DNA of 64,000 bases from Candidatus Methylomirabilota bacterium (GTDB taxonomy: Bacteria > Methylomirabilota > Methylomirabilia > Rokubacteriales > CSP1-6). The position numbers were made by a program, and so were the translations under genes. The DNA lies in assembly GCA_035315345.1 (NCBI GenBank), contig DATFYA010000095.1:8449-72448 (forward strand), given 5' to 3'. Positions 8,965 through 17,845 of this stretch are shown here, one piece after another (the first letter of the stretch is position 1; every line of letters begins with the position of its first letter). A model generated the notes under the pieces. It did not search any database and had not been told where the DNA came from. It saw nothing but the letters and a program-made list of their open reading frames with translations.

Positions 8965-9825
8965 ATGACTCTCGAGCCCGAGATCCGCGCTCCGAACGGC
9001 GCCGCGGCGGTCAAGCACCCCATCGTCCGCGTGCGCGAGGACGACATCGCGCGTGCCGACGATCACGTGGCCGTCGAGGAGCCGCTCGAGATCCGTCTGG
9101 GCGGCCACAGCCTTGCCGTCACCATGCGTACGCCGGGCGACGACGAGGAGCTCGTCGCCGGCTTCCTTCATTCCGAGCGCGTCATCCGGAGCGCGGAGGA
9201 CCTCGACGTCCTGGCGCCCTATCGTGCCGACGGCGAGCCCAATGCCGGCAACGTGATCAACGTGCTGCTCAAGGGCAACATCGAGGCGGCCCGCGAGCGG
9301 CTGCGGCGCAACTTCGTGACCGCGTCCTCGTGCGGGCTGTGCGGGAAGGTCACGATCGAGGCCATCCAGGCCGATCTGCCCCCCGTCACCGCCGACCTCC
9401 GGCTCCCGGCGGCGATCTTCTCCGTCCTGGAGCGCGCCATGGGCCGGGCGCAGGCAACCTTCGAGCGCACCGGCGGCTTGCACGCCGCCGGGCTGTTCGA
9501 CGCCGACGGCCGGCTGCTCGTGCTGCGAGAAGACATCGGCCGGCACAACGCGGTCGACAAGGTCGTCGGGCACATGCTGCTGGCCCGCCGGCTGCCGCTC
9601 GACCGGCACCTCCTGATGGTGAGCGGGCGCGCCAGCTTCGAGATCATGCAGAAGGCGCTGACCGCGCGCATCCCGGTGGTGGCCGCGGTATCGGCGCCGT
9701 CCAGCATGGCGGTGGAGATGGCGATCGCCGCCGACATGACCCTGGTCGGCTTCGTCCGGGGCGGCGGCTTCAACGTCTACGCGGGCGCCGGCCGCATCGC
9801 GCTGGAGCGCGTTCTCGGCGCGTGA
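8965..9825 (+). CDS. fdhD: formate dehydrogenase accessory sulfurtransferase FdhD (copy 2)
   Basis: ORF 8965..9825(+). It aligns along its full length with copy 1: ASSCGLCGK, REDIGRHNAVDKVVG, MVSGRASFEIMQKA, GFVRGGGFNVYAG. An AT-rich TGATATATATAGG lies just upstream. Confidence 0.85.
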   Translation: MTLEPEIRAPNGAAAVKHPIVRVREDDIARADDHVAVEEPLEIRLGGHSLAVTMRTPGDDEELVAGFLHSERVIRSAEDLDVLAPYRADGEPNAGNVINVLLKGNIEAARERLRRNFVTASSCGLCGKVTIEAIQADLPPVTADLRLPAAIFSVLERAMGRAQATFERTGGLHAAGLFDADGRLLVLREDIGRHNAVDKVVGHMLLARRLPLDRHLLMVSGRASFEIMQKALTARIPVVAAVSAPSSMAVEMAIAADMTLVGFVRGGGFNVYAGAGRIALERVLGA

Positions 9826-10130
9826 GGGCCGAGCCTCGCCGCCGCTCCGGCCGACCCCGGCGGATCGAGATCTGTGGTTCACCCGCCACGAGGGCCGCTA
9901 CTACCTGGTGGCCGAGCACGGCCGGCGCCCGGTGGGTGCAGAACATCCTGGCCGATCCGGTGGTGCGGGTGCGCGTCGGCGCCCGTCGCTTCCAGGGCCG
10001 GGCGCGGGTGGTCGAGGGCGGCGGCGATTCCGGGCTGGTCCGGACCGTGCGACGGCGGTCCGAGGCCAAGTACGGCTGGGGCGCCGGGCTCGTGGTGGAG
10101 ATCGCCCCGCCCCGGCCGGCGCGCGCCTAG
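9822..10130 (+). pseudogene. remnant of a deazaflavin-dependent nitroreductase/quinone-reductase (DUF385-like) gene, 5'-truncated with two internal frame shifts
   Basis: The terminal frame reads SGRPRRIEI...WVQNILADPVVRVRVGARRFQGRARVV...KYGWGAGLVVEI. The expected middle segment LWFTRHEGRYYLVAEHGRR appears only in another frame. The shifts occur at about 9871-9874 (tgtg) and about 9927-9931. The usual N-terminal 30-40 aa are absent, and that region overlaps the fdhD copy 2 3' end. Confidence 0.45.
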
Positions 10131-12364
10131 GCCTGCGCGGTCACCCGGATCAACGCGCCGTCCGGCCGCGGCGCGGCGACCAGGCCGATCACGGCGGCGT
10201 CATCGCCGGCTTCGCGCAGGGCCCGGAGCAGCGCGTCGCACCGCTCGGCGGCCACGCCGAGCAGGAGGCCGCCCGAGGTCTGGGGATCGAACAGCAGGTC
10301 CAGCGCGGGCCGCCCGGCCGCCTCCGGCTCGACCCACATCGCGCGCCGGGCCGTCGCGTTCTCCGGGTGCGCGGTGCTGCGGATGCCGCGGCTCAGCAGC
10401 GAGACCGCACCCGGCAGCGCGCGGATCGCGTCGAGGTCGAGAACGGCCGCGGCCTTGCTCGCGCGGAGCATCTCGCCCAGATGCCCGGCGAGGCCGAAGC
10501 CGGTCACGTCGGTGGCGGCCGAGGGACGGAACGTACGAGCGGCACGGGCGGCGTGGGCGTTGGAGCGAAGCATCGAGGCATTCGCCGCCTCGACCCACTC
10601 GCCGCGCGCGAGCCCGCGCATGTCCGCCTGCAGCACGACGCCGGTTCCGAGCGGCTTGGTCAGGATCAGCCGATCCCCGGCGGCGAGTCCCCCGATGCGG
10701 AGGAGGGAGTCGGCCGCGCGCGCGAAGCCCCACACCGCAAAGCCGGCGACGAGCTCGGGGCCCGTGGTGGTGTGGCCGCCCACGAGCGTGACGCCGTCGG
10801 CATCGAGGCCGGCGCGGGCACCGGCCATCAGCTGGTAGAGCATCTCCTCCTGCGCCGCGGCCGTCTGACCGTCGGGCACGGTCACCTGGGCGAGCGCGAA
10901 GCGAGGCGCCACCCCCTTGGCCCAGAGATCGCTCACCGCGTTGACCGCGGCGACCCGGCCGACGAGATAGGGATCGTCGACGAACGCCCGGAAGCCGTCG
11001 ATGGTGGCCGCGACGATCTCGCCCCGCTCCGTCTCGACCGCCGCTGCGTCGTCGGGCTGGGCCAGTCCCAGGACGACGGCGGGATCGCTGGTGACGCCGA
11101 GGCGCTCCAGCACGCGGGCGAGCGGGGTCTCGCCGACCTTGGCCGCGCAGCCGCCGCAGAGCATGTCGCCCCCGGGCATGGGCGCGCGGGCGAAGTCGGC
11201 GGTCACGGCGTCGTCGGGGCCCAGCACCTGGAAGCGCCGCACGAAGCGCCGGTCGATCCAGTCCTTGAGGGCCCACACCGCCCGGCCCTCGAGCGTCAGG
11301 CCCCACTTCGTGCCGATCGCCGTCCCGTCGCCCAGGTTCAGCAGCGAGAGGAAATCGCGCTGGGGGCGGTAGGCGCGGAGCCGCCCGTCGCCGCGCGTCC
11401 GCGCCAGCAGGTTGTGCGCCAGGACCGGCCCTTCGCGGACGGCGTACACGCCGGCCTTCGCGAGAGCGGGCCCCGCCGTCCACGCGGCGCAGTCGCCGGC
11501 CGCGAAGACGTCGTCGCGGCTCACCGACTGCAGCGTCGGGCGAATCCGCGCGAATCCCCGATCGTCCGTCTCGATGCCGGAACCCGCGAAGAGCGGCAGC
11601 GCGGCGGCACCGGCGACCCATACGACGGCGTCGGCGGCCACCCGCTCGCCGCCGGCCAGGTACACCGCCTCGCCGTCGATCCGCGTGACCACCGCGCCGC
11701 AGCGGATCGTGATGGCGCGCCCGGCTGCCCCGCGCTCGACGCGGCGGGCCGCGCTCGCGGCGTAGCCGGGCAGCACGCGCGGGCCCGACTCGAGCAGCCG
11801 CACCTCGACGCGTGGGCCATCGGGGTGGCGCAGCCGCGCCGCCAGCGCGAAGGCGACCTCGACCCCGCCCGCGCCCGCCCCGACGACGGCCACGCGGAAG
11901 GGATCGCGGCTCCGCGCCGCGGCCAGCACGTCGTCGACGCGCCGGACGAAGCCTCCGATGGGGCGAGTGGGGATCGCGTGCTCGCGCACCCCGGGGACGT
12001 CGCGGCCGGCGACGGTCGAGCCGATGTCGAAGGACACCGTGTCGTAGGCAATCGGGGGACGGTCCCCCAGGAGGAGGCGACGCGCATCGGCGTCAACGCC
12101 GGTGGCCGCCGCGACGATGCATCGAGCGCCGGCGCGCCGCGCCAGCGGCCGCACGTCGATCTCGAGGTCTACGCTCGTGTACTGGCCGGCCACGAACCCG
12201 GGCACCATGCCGGAGTACACCGCGACCGGCCGATCGACCACCAGGGTGAGCCGGCAGCCCGCGACGGGTGCCATGGCCCAGCGCTCGAGGACCTGGATGT
12301 GGGCGTGGCCGCCGCCCACCAGCACGAGGTCGTGTCGGACGCTATCGGCGGACGGCGAGCGCAT
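10127..12364 (-). CDS. selD: fusion protein: N-terminal FAD/NAD(P) pyridine-nucleotide-disulfide oxidoreductase domain plus C-terminal selenide, water dikinase (Cys-type SelD)
   Basis: ORF 10127..12364(-), 745 aa. The N-terminal part has LVLVGGGHAHIQV and VAVVGAGAGGVEVA Rossmann motifs. The C-terminal part has the SelD motif MLCGGCAAKVG (Cys, not Sec), plus AIR-synthase-like DDAAV and GGHT motifs. Confidence 0.85.
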   Translation of the reverse strand: MRSPSADSVRHDLVLVGGGHAHIQVLERWAMAPVAGCRLTLVVDRPVAVYSGMVPGFVAGQYTSVDLEIDVRPLARRAGARCIVAAATGVDADARRLLLGDRPPIAYDTVSFDIGSTVAGRDVPGVREHAIPTRPIGGFVRRVDDVLAAARSRDPFRVAVVGAGAGGVEVAFALAARLRHPDGPRVEVRLLESGPRVLPGYAASAARRVERGAAGRAITIRCGAVVTRIDGEAVYLAGGERVAADAVVWVAGAAALPLFAGSGIETDDRGFARIRPTLQSVSRDDVFAAGDCAAWTAGPALAKAGVYAVREGPVLAHNLLARTRGDGRLRAYRPQRDFLSLLNLGDGTAIGTKWGLTLEGRAVWALKDWIDRRFVRRFQVLGPDDAVTADFARAPMPGGDMLCGGCAAKVGETPLARVLERLGVTSDPAVVLGLAQPDDAAAVETERGEIVAATIDGFRAFVDDPYLVGRVAAVNAVSDLWAKGVAPRFALAQVTVPDGQTAAAQEEMLYQLMAGARAGLDADGVTLVGGHTTTGPELVAGFAVWGFARAADSLLRIGGLAAGDRLILTKPLGTGVVLQADMRGLARGEWVEAANASMLRSNAHAARAARTFRPSAATDVTGFGLAGHLGEMLRASKAAAVLDLDAIRALPGAVSLLSRGIRSTAHPENATARRAMWVEPEAAGRPALDLLFDPQTSGGLLLGVAAERCDALLRALREAGDDAAVIGLVAAPRPDGALIRVTAQA

Positions 12365-12385
12365 GGCCCGTCCGCACCGGGACGG

Positions 12386-13831
12386 CTACGACAGGTCGAC
12401 CCAGACGGTCTTGACCTCGGTGTAGTTGTCGAGCCCCACCGACCCCATCTCGCGCCCGAAGCCCGACTCCTTGAAGCCGCCGAAAGGCAGCGCCGCGTCG
12501 AAGAGGTTGTAGGCGTTGACCCACACCGTGCCGGCCCGGATCGCCTTGGCCGCCCGGAGCGCCTTGCCCACGTCGCGCGTCCACACCGCGGCGGCCAGGC
12601 CGTACGAGGTGTGATTGCCCTGGGCGATGCCGTCCTCGACCGAGCGGAACGGGATCACCGAGAGGACCGGCCCGAAGATCTCCTCGCGGGCGATCTTCAT
12701 GTCGTTGGTGACGCCGTCGAAGATGGTGGGCTGCACGAAGTAGCCCTTGCCGGTGCCGACGTCGGCGCGGCCGCCGCCCGCGACCACACGCGCGCCCTCC
12801 TGCTTGCCGGATTCGATGTACGAGAGCACCGTCTCCATCTGGCTCTTCGAGACCACGGGGCCCATGCGGGTGGCCTTGTCCATCGGGTCGCCGACCTTCA
12901 GACCCTTGACCCGATCGGTCAGCTTGGACATGAACTGGTCGTGAATGGAGTCCTCGAGGAAGAGTCGCGAGCCGGCCGCGCACACCTCGCCCTTGTTGTA
13001 GAAGATGCCGGTGAGCGCCCCGCGTACCGCCGCCTCCATGTCCGCGTCGGCGAACACGATGTTGGGCGACTTGCCGCCCAGCTCGAGCGAGAGGCGCTTC
13101 AACGTGCCCGCCGCCTCCCGCATGATCTGCTTGCCCACCTCGGTGGATCCGGTGAAGGCGATCTTGTCGACGCGCGGGTCCCGCACCAGCGCCATGCCGA
13201 CCTTGCCCCCGGGGCCGGTCACCACGTTGAACACGCCCTCGGGCACGCCGGCCTCCTGGCAGATCTCGGCGAAGCGCAGCGCGGTGAGTGGCGTCTGCGA
13301 CGCGGGCTTGATCACCACCGTGTTGCCGGCGGCGAGCGCGGGGGCCAGCTTCCAGGAGGAGAGCAGGAAGGGGAAGTTCCAGGGCACGATGGCCCCGACC
13401 ACTCCGACCGGCTGGCGCAGCGTGAAGGTGAAGGCGTTGTCGCGAAGACCGAGCGTCTCGCCGTGGATCTTGGTGGCCCACCCCGCGTAGTAGCGGAACA
13501 CCTCGGCCGCGAACGGGATCTCGACCTTGGCCGAGTCGAACATGGTCTTGCCGGTGCAGAGGCTCTCGAGCCGCGCCATCTCGTCGAGGTTCTGCTGGAT
13601 CAGGTCGCCGAGGCGCCAGACGACCCGCCCGCGCTCGTGCGGCGTCATCTTGGGCCACGGGCCCTCGTCGAAGGCCTTGCGAGCCGCGGTCACCGCGAGA
13701 TCGATGTCGCGCTCGTCGCCTCGGCCGACGGTGCCCACCGGCTCCTCGGTGGCCGGGTTGATCGGCTGATAGGTCTCGCCCGACCGCGGCGCCTGCCACT
13801 TCCCCGCGACGAAGATCTCGCCTGCCTTCAT
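12386..13831 (-). CDS. NAD(P)+-dependent aldehyde dehydrogenase
   Basis: ORF 12386..13831(-). Motifs: VPWNFPF, FTGSTEVGK, the catalytic LELGGKSP and EVCAAGSR, and EEIFGPV. AGGGAGG lies upstream of the ATG. Confidence 0.9.
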   Translation of the reverse strand: MKAGEIFVAGKWQAPRSGETYQPINPATEEPVGTVGRGDERDIDLAVTAARKAFDEGPWPKMTPHERGRVVWRLGDLIQQNLDEMARLESLCTGKTMFDSAKVEIPFAAEVFRYYAGWATKIHGETLGLRDNAFTFTLRQPVGVVGAIVPWNFPFLLSSWKLAPALAAGNTVVIKPASQTPLTALRFAEICQEAGVPEGVFNVVTGPGGKVGMALVRDPRVDKIAFTGSTEVGKQIMREAAGTLKRLSLELGGKSPNIVFADADMEAAVRGALTGIFYNKGEVCAAGSRLFLEDSIHDQFMSKLTDRVKGLKVGDPMDKATRMGPVVSKSQMETVLSYIESGKQEGARVVAGGGRADVGTGKGYFVQPTIFDGVTNDMKIAREEIFGPVLSVIPFRSVEDGIAQGNHTSYGLAAAVWTRDVGKALRAAKAIRAGTVWVNAYNLFDAALPFGGFKESGFGREMGSVGLDNYTEVKTVWVDLS

Positions 13832-13959
13832 GACGAACCTCCCTGCTAAACCCGGAGGGGGCCTTCGCCCCTACTGGGCGCCGGCTCCTGGGACCGCGTC
13901 TGAGTTACGTTTGTTCGAGCGCGGGCTTCGCCCGCGCCCCCCTTATCCTGGGGGAGGTT

Positions 13960-13986
13960 CGGAGGGGGCCGTCGAGGCCCCCTCCG
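13960..13986 (-). terminator. GC-rich perfect hairpin (11-bp stem, 5-nt loop) just downstream of the coxL-like stop
   Basis: CGGAGGGGGCC-GTCGA-GGCCCCCTCCG. There is no U-tract. The 11-mer CGGAGGGGGCC recurs at 13852-13862. Confidence 0.45.
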
Positions 13987-13991
13987 ATGAC

Positions 13992-16301
13992 CTAGTGCTT
14001 GCCGTTGGCCAGGGCCAGCGCGATGCGCTCCGGGCTCAGCGGCAATTCGGTGATGCGGGCGCCGACCGCGTCGTTGACCGCGTTGGCGATGGCGGCGGGG
14101 GCGGGCACGATCGGCGGCTCGCCCACCCCGCGCGCGCCGAACGGTCCGGCGGGCGACGGCACCTCGACGATGATGGTCTCGAGATTCGGCAGATCGGCCG
14201 CGGTCAGCTTGCGATAGTCGAGCAGGCTCGGGTTGGTGAGCCGACCGCTGTCGTCGAACATGAGCCCCTCGGTCAGCGCGATGCCCAGGCTCTGCACCGC
14301 GCCGCCCTGCATCTGGCCCTCCACGCCGAGCGGGTTGATGGCTCGGCCCACGTCCTGCACGATCACGAAATCGTGGATGGTCACCTCGCCGGTGTCGGGA
14401 TCGACGTCCAGACGCGCGAGCTGCGCCGCGAATCCGGGCGCCTGCTGGCTGAACGCCGGGTTGGCCTTGCCGAGCACCGGCGGGGTCTTTGACATGTAAA
14501 GGTTGCCCTTCTTGCCGATGGTGGCGAGCGTGATGCCCTTGTCCGGCATGCCGCGCACCGTGACCTTGCCGTCCACGAGCTCCAGATCGTGGACCGAGGC
14601 CTCGAGCTCGGCGGCGGCGATCTCGAAGGTCTGCCGCCGCGCGTCCTCCGCGGCCTGCAGCACCGCGGCGCCGACGGTGTAGATCGTCTTGCTGCCCGCG
14701 CTCAGCCCGGTCATGGGCGCGGTGTCGGTGTCGCCGGTGGTGATGCGCACCAGGTCGGTGTCCACCCCGTAGGCGGAGGCCGCGATCTGAGCCAGCGAGA
14801 TGTTGGTGCCCGCGATGTCCACCTGGCCGGTGAGGACCGCGAGCGAGCCATCGGGATTCAAGCGCACGGTCGCGCCGGTCGGCTGCAGTCCGCCGAGCCA
14901 GCCGCCGAGGGCCAGGCCGACGCCGCGCCGCTTGCCGTTCTTGCCCGCGGCCACCCACTCCTTCCGCGACTTCCAGTGCGGATGCTCGGCGATCCGGCTC
15001 AGCACCTCGTGGGCCCCGTTGGACTGCCAGGGCTGCCCGTTCACCATCGGATCGCCCGGCTTGCTGAGGTGGCGTCGCCGGAACTCCACCGGATCGAGGC
15101 CGAGGTCGCGCGCGATCTGCTCCATGTGCGACTCGATCGCGAAGATGGTCTGCGGCGCCACCGGCGCCCGATAGGCGGCCACGCTCGGCTTGTGGGTCAG
15201 CACCTCGAAGCCGCGAATGTCGAACGACGGCCACCTGTACATGCTGCCGAGGAAGACCGCGCTGACCGCGAGCACCGCGCCCGAGTAGGCGCCGGAGTCG
15301 ATCACGGTCTCGGCGTCGATCGCCATGAGCGTGCCGTCGCGCTTGACTCCCGTCTTGAGCTTGATGATGACCTGCGGCGCGGGCATGCCCGCCTGCAATT
15401 CCTCGCGGCGGGTCATGACGTAGCGGACCGGCCGCTTGGTGACCTGCGCCAGCACCGCGGTGATCGGCTCGCAGAGGGCGCGGATCTTGCCGCCGAAGCC
15501 GCCGCCGCACTCCACCGGGATCACCCGGATCTGGTTCTCGGGGATCCCCAGGACGTCCGAGACCTCGGAGCGGGTGTTGAAGGAGCCCTGGGTGCTGGCC
15601 CACAGGGTGAGCAGCCCATTGCGGTCCCACTCGGCCAGCACCGCGTGCGGCTCCAGATAGCCCTGGTGCACCATCGGCACGCGGTAGGTCTTCTCCAGCA
15701 CGTGGTCGGACTCGGCGAAGCCCTTGGCGGGATCGCCGCGCTGCAGCCGCGCCTGCTGCGAGATGTTCACCGCCTTCGCGGGGGCCTCGCTCTTGGCGAT
15801 GGCCACCGCGGAGTGGGCGAGGGCCTCGCTGGTGTCGGCCTCGGTCCCCGCGTCGGCCACCGGGGGCGCGCCGGGCTGCATGGCCTTGAGCGGATCGATC
15901 GCGGCGGGCAGGACCTGGTACTCGACCTTGATGAGATCGAGCGCCTCCTCGGCGATGGCGAGCTCGTCGGCGGCCACCGCGGCCACCGGCTGGCCCATGA
16001 ACACCGCGCGATCGATCGCGAGCACCGCGTGGGCCCGCGTCGGCGCCTTCTTCTTGAGGTGCGGGATGTCCCTGGCAGTGAGCACCGCGCGCACGCCGGG
16101 CAGCGCCTTCGCCGCACTGGTGTCGATGGAAACGATCTTGGCGTGCGCGTGCGGGCTGCGCAGCAGCTTGGCGTGGAGCAGGCCCTTCGGCTGGATGTCG
16201 GCCACGTACTGGACCCGTCCGGTCACCTTCTCGGGGCCGTCCGGCCGCGGAATCGAGACTCCCACTCCCTTGACGTCGCGCGTGGTCTTCATCGTGCTCA
16301 T
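13992..16301 (-). CDS. xanthine dehydrogenase/aldehyde oxidase (CoxL-like) family molybdopterin-binding large subunit
   Basis: Internal Met (MSTMKTTRDVKGVGVSIPRPDGPEKVTG) of ORF 13992..16487(-). This is a typical large-subunit N-terminus. It overlaps the small-subunit stop by 4 nt. Confidence 0.85.
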   Translation of the reverse strand: MSTMKTTRDVKGVGVSIPRPDGPEKVTGRVQYVADIQPKGLLHAKLLRSPHAHAKIVSIDTSAAKALPGVRAVLTARDIPHLKKKAPTRAHAVLAIDRAVFMGQPVAAVAADELAIAEEALDLIKVEYQVLPAAIDPLKAMQPGAPPVADAGTEADTSEALAHSAVAIAKSEAPAKAVNISQQARLQRGDPAKGFAESDHVLEKTYRVPMVHQGYLEPHAVLAEWDRNGLLTLWASTQGSFNTRSEVSDVLGIPENQIRVIPVECGGGFGGKIRALCEPITAVLAQVTKRPVRYVMTRREELQAGMPAPQVIIKLKTGVKRDGTLMAIDAETVIDSGAYSGAVLAVSAVFLGSMYRWPSFDIRGFEVLTHKPSVAAYRAPVAPQTIFAIESHMEQIARDLGLDPVEFRRRHLSKPGDPMVNGQPWQSNGAHEVLSRIAEHPHWKSRKEWVAAGKNGKRRGVGLALGGWLGGLQPTGATVRLNPDGSLAVLTGQVDIAGTNISLAQIAASAYGVDTDLVRITTGDTDTAPMTGLSAGSKTIYTVGAAVLQAAEDARRQTFEIAAAELEASVHDLELVDGKVTVRGMPDKGITLATIGKKGNLYMSKTPPVLGKANPAFSQQAPGFAAQLARLDVDPDTGEVTIHDFVIVQDVGRAINPLGVEGQMQGGAVQSLGIALTEGLMFDDSGRLTNPSLLDYRKLTAADLPNLETIIVEVPSPAGPFGARGVGEPPIVPAPAAIANAVNDAVGARITELPLSPERIALALANGKH

Positions 16302-16789
16302 CGAGCGCTCCTCTTCGAGGCCATGGTGCCCGCCGCCTCGGTGATCGCCGCCACCATCTTGGTGTAGCCGGTGCACCGGCAGAGATTGCCCGCGATGCCG
16401 TAGCGGATCTCCTCTTCCGAGGGCCGCGGCTTCTCCTCGAGCAGCGCGGCCGCCGCCATCAGCACGCCCGGGATGCAGAACCCGCACTGGGGCACACCGT
16501 GACGGACGAAGGTATCCTGCAGCGGATGCAGGGTGGTGTCCGCGGCCGCGAGCCCCTCGATGGTGCGAACCTTCCGCCCCCGCACCTGCATCGCCAGCAT
16601 CAGGCAGCTCGCCACGACCTTGCCGTCCACGTGCACGGTGCAGGCGCCGCAGTCGCCGGTGCCGCAGCCTTCCTTGGGTCCGGTCAGGCCCACGTCCTCC
16701 CGGAGGGCGTCGAGCAGGGTGGTGTAGGGCTGGACCAGCACCTCGACCGGCTGGTCATTGATGGTGCAGCTCAGGACGTGTTTGGCCAC
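16298..16789 (-). CDS. (2Fe-2S)-binding small subunit (CoxS-like)
   Basis: GTG start 9 nt after GGAGG. Motifs: GCGTGDCGACTV, and CGFCIPG...CRCTGY. Confidence 0.85.
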   Translation of the reverse strand: MAKHVLSCTINDQPVEVLVQPYTTLLDALREDVGLTGPKEGCGTGDCGACTVHVDGKVVASCLMLAMQVRGRKVRTIEGLAAADTTLHPLQDTFVRHGVPQCGFCIPGVLMAAAALLEEKPRPSEEEIRYGIAGNLCRCTGYTKMVAAITEAAGTMASKRSAR

Positions 16790-16806
16790 GATGTGGAGCC
16801 TCCGGA

Positions 16807-17667
16807 TCAGGCGCTCGCGCGGGCGAGCGCGGTCGTGAGCGTGCGACGGGTGAGGACGCGGACCAGGTGCTTGCGGAACTCGACGGAGCCGCGCTGGTCG
16901 TTGATCGGCCGGGCCGCCTCGATCGCGAGCGTCGCGGCGCGCTCGATGGCCTCGGGCGTCACCGGCTGCCCTTCGAGCGACCGCTCGGCCGCGGTGGCGC
17001 GCACCGGGGTCGGGGCCACCGAGGCCAGCGCGATGCGCGCCTTGGTGCAGCGGCCGTCGGCCAGGGTGAGCTGCGAGGCCACGCCCACCACCGCGATGTC
17101 CAGCTCGCGCCGCGGCGTGTGGCGCAGGTACTGGCCGCCCGAGTGGGCGCCGGGCGGCGGCACGATCAGCTCGACCAGCAGCTCGTTGGGGGCCAGCACG
17201 GTCTGGCGCACGCCGGTGAAGAAGTCGGCGATCGGCACGCGCCGCTCGTCCTTCGGGCCCGCGATGACGGCCTCGGCCTCGAGCGCCACCAGCGGCGGGG
17301 CCATGTCGGCGGACGGCGCGGCGTTGCACAGGTTGCCGCCCACCGTGGCCAGGTTGCGGACCTGGAGCGACCCGACCAGGGCCGCGCTCTCCGCGATCGC
17401 CACATAGGGGCCGCGCAGCGCCGGGCTCACCTCCAGCTCGCGCGCGGTCGCGGCAGCGCCGATGCGCAGGCCGTTGCCGTTCTGGACCTGGCGAACCCGG
17501 GCGATGCCGGACAGGTCCACCACCACGGCGGGCTTCAGGACGCCGTTCTTCATCTGGGGCAGGAGATCGGTGCCTCCGGCCACCAGCTTGGCCTCGGCGC
17601 CTCGCTCGGCGAGGATCTTCAGACAGTCTTCGACGGTGTTCGGCAGAACGAGATCGAATCGTCGCAT
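16807..17667 (-). CDS. FAD-binding medium subunit (CoxM-like) of the molybdenum hydroxylase
   Basis: Internal Met MRRFDLVLPNTVEDCL of ORF 16807..17709(-). Motifs: LVAGGTDLLPQMK and ATVGGNLCNAAPSAD. Confidence 0.85.
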   Translation of the reverse strand: MRRFDLVLPNTVEDCLKILAERGAEAKLVAGGTDLLPQMKNGVLKPAVVVDLSGIARVRQVQNGNGLRIGAAATARELEVSPALRGPYVAIAESAALVGSLQVRNLATVGGNLCNAAPSADMAPPLVALEAEAVIAGPKDERRVPIADFFTGVRQTVLAPNELLVELIVPPPGAHSGGQYLRHTPRRELDIAVVGVASQLTLADGRCTKARIALASVAPTPVRATAAERSLEGQPVTPEAIERAATLAIEAARPINDQRGSVEFRKHLVRVLTRRTLTTALARASA

Positions 17668-17780
17668 GTTGTCTCCCGGGGGATCTGGCGCGCGCCCGTC
17701 ATGATACACCGCGGTGGCGATCGGACCAACGCGGAGTCTACTATGCGGCTTCGAGCATCGTCAAACGCGGAGCCGCTCCG

Positions 17781-17809
17781 TTGACGGCGCTCCCGCGGGT
17801 CGGTATGCT
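17781..17809 (+). promoter_or_regulatory. sigma70-like promoter candidate for tupAB
   Basis: TTGACG (17781-17786), a 17-nt spacer, then TATGCT (17804-17809), about 100 nt upstream of the tupA ATG. Confidence 0.4.
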
Positions 17810-17822
17810 CTCGCGTGCATCC

Positions 17823-17845
17823 GGCCATCGCGCATCGCGATGGCC
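17823..17845 (+). promoter_or_regulatory. perfect 23-bp palindrome in the tupA leader (operator or RNA hairpin)
   Basis: GGCCATCGCG-CAT-CGCGATGGCC. It begins 14 nt downstream of the putative -10 box. Confidence 0.5.

Noticed and set aside
13992-17667. Calling the CoxM/S/L-like cluster an aerobic carbon monoxide dehydrogenase.
   Set aside because: The large subunit shows AAYRAPVAP where form I CODH has the VAYRCSFR active-site loop, and no coxDEF-type accessory genes are adjacent. Only the generic xanthine dehydrogenase/aldehyde oxidase family call is supportable.
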